Positions 62,667 through 64,000 of a DNA stretch of 64,000 bases are shown here, piece by piece. The DNA comes from Candidatus Bruticola sp. (GTDB lineage Bacteria > Vulcanimicrobiota > Xenobia > Xenobiales > Xenobiaceae). The DNA is taken from assembly GCA_051874735.1 (NCBI GenBank), contig JBJEGD010000026.1, positions 128,001 to 192,000 of the forward strand, in the 5' to 3' direction. A model generated the notes under the pieces. It had not been told where the DNA came from, ran no database searches, and saw only the letters and a program-made list of their open reading frames with translations. The first letter of the stretch is position 1. Each line of letters starts with the position of its first letter. The position numbers were made by a program, and so were the translations under genes.

Positions 62667-63707
62667 TTATTTTATATCAATAATTTTTATATCTTGATTA
62701 GATGTAGCAGTTGAGGAATCTTGTTCCGGTTGATCGTCGGAAATAAACTCTGCATCAATAATTTTTCCCTGAGGAAAAGCAGAAGGCCGACGTGTTTGAG
62801 GGGTTACATTAATTATGTATTCCGGAGAGCTGCCGCCCTGATTTTGATAAGAAGGTGGCGCGTAATTTTGCGTATTTAAGTTGGTATAATTACCTATATT
62901 AATCGTTCCCATATTAAAAATATGGCTCATAATATTACCCATATTGCCTAAGCCTAAACTCAATAAATCTCCTAATCCGGCTGTACCTTCACGAACGCGG
63001 CGCATCCGCTCTATCATAATGGCCTGATCTAATTCTTTACTACCGCTCCACCAAATAAATAAAGCTATTACAGCCAGCATATGATTGTAAGCTAAGCCGT
63101 AAATGCCCATAACTACAGCGCAGAGGCGTCCAATACTGACAGCTTTATAAGTCGAAGTTAAAAAATCGTATTTGCGTGCGAACAAACCGCGCAGCACTCG
63201 CCCGCCGTCCATGGGAAAAGCGGGAATTAAATTAAAGAGCATAAGAGCTAAGTTGCTCCACATGAACCAGTAAAGAAACTTCAAGATCAGAACTTGAGCA
63301 ATAGGTATCAAGAGAGGGAACAAGTACGGAATAAAAATGTAGTTTGTAAAACAAAAAGTTACAGCCGTCAGGAATAAATTTACAGCAGGACCAGCTAAGG
63401 CCAGCAGAATCTCCTGACGAGGAGTTTGAGTTTGGCCCTGTATAGTGGCTACCCCTCCAAAAGGCCAAAGCGTAATATCCCGAGTGGGAATACCGAAGCG
63501 TCTGGCAGTTAAAGCATGGCCGTATTCATGCAGAGTAACAGCCATGAAGGTAATCAAAGTAAGACCTAAGCTTAATAAACTGTAAGTCCAATTATTTTGA
63601 GCACCGTGTGTCAAAAATATCCAAAGAAGCAATATTATGAAGGTGTAATGTACATAAATGTCTATGCCCCATAATTTTGCCAGTTTAAACGACCAACGCA
63701 TAAGCAA
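62667..63707 (-). CDS. site-2 protease (M50) family membrane metalloprotease
   Basis: LHEYGH, PFGGVA, ALAGPAVN, FNLIPAFPMDGGR; disordered C-tail and no CBS pair. Confidence 0.94.
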   Translation of the reverse strand: MLMRWSFKLAKLWGIDIYVHYTFIILLLWIFLTHGAQNNWTYSLLSLGLTLITFMAVTLHEYGHALTARRFGIPTRDITLWPFGGVATIQGQTQTPRQEILLALAGPAVNLFLTAVTFCFTNYIFIPYLFPLLIPIAQVLILKFLYWFMWSNLALMLFNLIPAFPMDGGRVLRGLFARKYDFLTSTYKAVSIGRLCAVVMGIYGLAYNHMLAVIALFIWWSGSKELDQAIMIERMRRVREGTAGLGDLLSLGLGNMGNIMSHIFNMGTINIGNYTNLNTQNYAPPSYQNQGGSSPEYIINVTPQTRRPSAFPQGKIIDAEFISDDQPEQDSSTATSNQDIKIIDIK

Positions 63708-63825
63708 GTGTTATCCTATCTTCGGCTTGTCCGCACAATTTTTGTCAGGCTGAGGCTACTGCGGCTGCATTAATTGTAGCACATAAGTATTAGCAGTAAA
63801 TCTGTGTAGTATTGGAATTAGAAAA

Positions 63826-63895
63826 TAAAAAAGGCCCGCTTGAGGTGCAATCATAATTAATAGGTTTGATAGCGAATAGCGGGCACTTATTTTCT
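63826..63895 (-). terminator. hairpin downstream of the gene truncated by the window end
   Basis: gcccgct ... agcgggc arms with a large loop; T-run on the minus strand. Confidence 0.45.
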
Positions 63896-63924
63896 ATATA
63901 ATGCTGATATAATCTTTATTTAGA

Positions 63925-64000
63925 CTAATATAAGCTGTCTAGTTCCGCTTGTAGTTCACTGAGCTCCAGAGCTGCAGCTGAAGCTTGCTCTAAGCCATTA
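63925..64000 (-). CDS. 3' end of a CDS truncated by the window edge
   Basis: Minus strand reads ..NGLEQASAAALELSELQAELDSLY* and is followed by a terminator-like hairpin. Confidence 0.45.
   Translation of the reverse strand, partial: NGLEQASAAALELSELQAELDSLY

Noticed and set aside
1-64000. tRNA, rRNA, tmRNA, IS elements, prophage or defence systems
   Set aside because: No T-loop/cloverleaf signatures or transposase, integrase, phage or defence-domain ORFs recognised by eye; a covariance-model scan would be needed to exclude small RNAs

Overview
Gene-dense bacterial chromosome segment with about 45 CDS. I found no rRNA, tRNA, CRISPR array, transposase or integrase. Bases 1-19 kb form an outer-membrane cluster with three parts: (i) lpxC-fabZ-(GnnA-like oxidoreductase)-lpxA-(LpxB fused to a second LpxB-like domain)-(ICMT/LmtA-like methyltransferase); (ii) a convergent minus-strand operon of NifU/TusA-like protein, PmbA-like protein, apparently catalytically dead LpxD paralog, membrane protein, GNRE-type metallophosphoesterase and LpxB-related protein; (iii) lptC-lptB-lptF/G-DUF3084-like-yqgF. 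This order resembles the outer-membrane clusters of diderm Terrabacteria (inference). The rest encodes a Sel1-repeat protein, an exported PepF, PFOR, a canonical ECF/anti-sigma/Spy-like triad, HtpG, transporters, a large GH13 enzyme and housekeeping hydrolases. Two loci stand out. First, three tandem, separately terminated ~800-aa PilX/GspK-like pilin genes (48.1-56.0 kb) share a scaffold, but each carries an unrelated, AT-rich, Cys/His-containing internal cassette; in copies 2 and 3 the cassette is flanked by identical DNA blocks. Second, an operon at 37.1-40.9 kb encodes an ECF-like sigma factor split by a ~200-aa linker with repeated motifs, a double-zinc-finger membrane anti-sigma factor and an ABC-ATPase-fold protein with no Walker A motif. 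All family calls come from motif recognition by eye; no searches were run.
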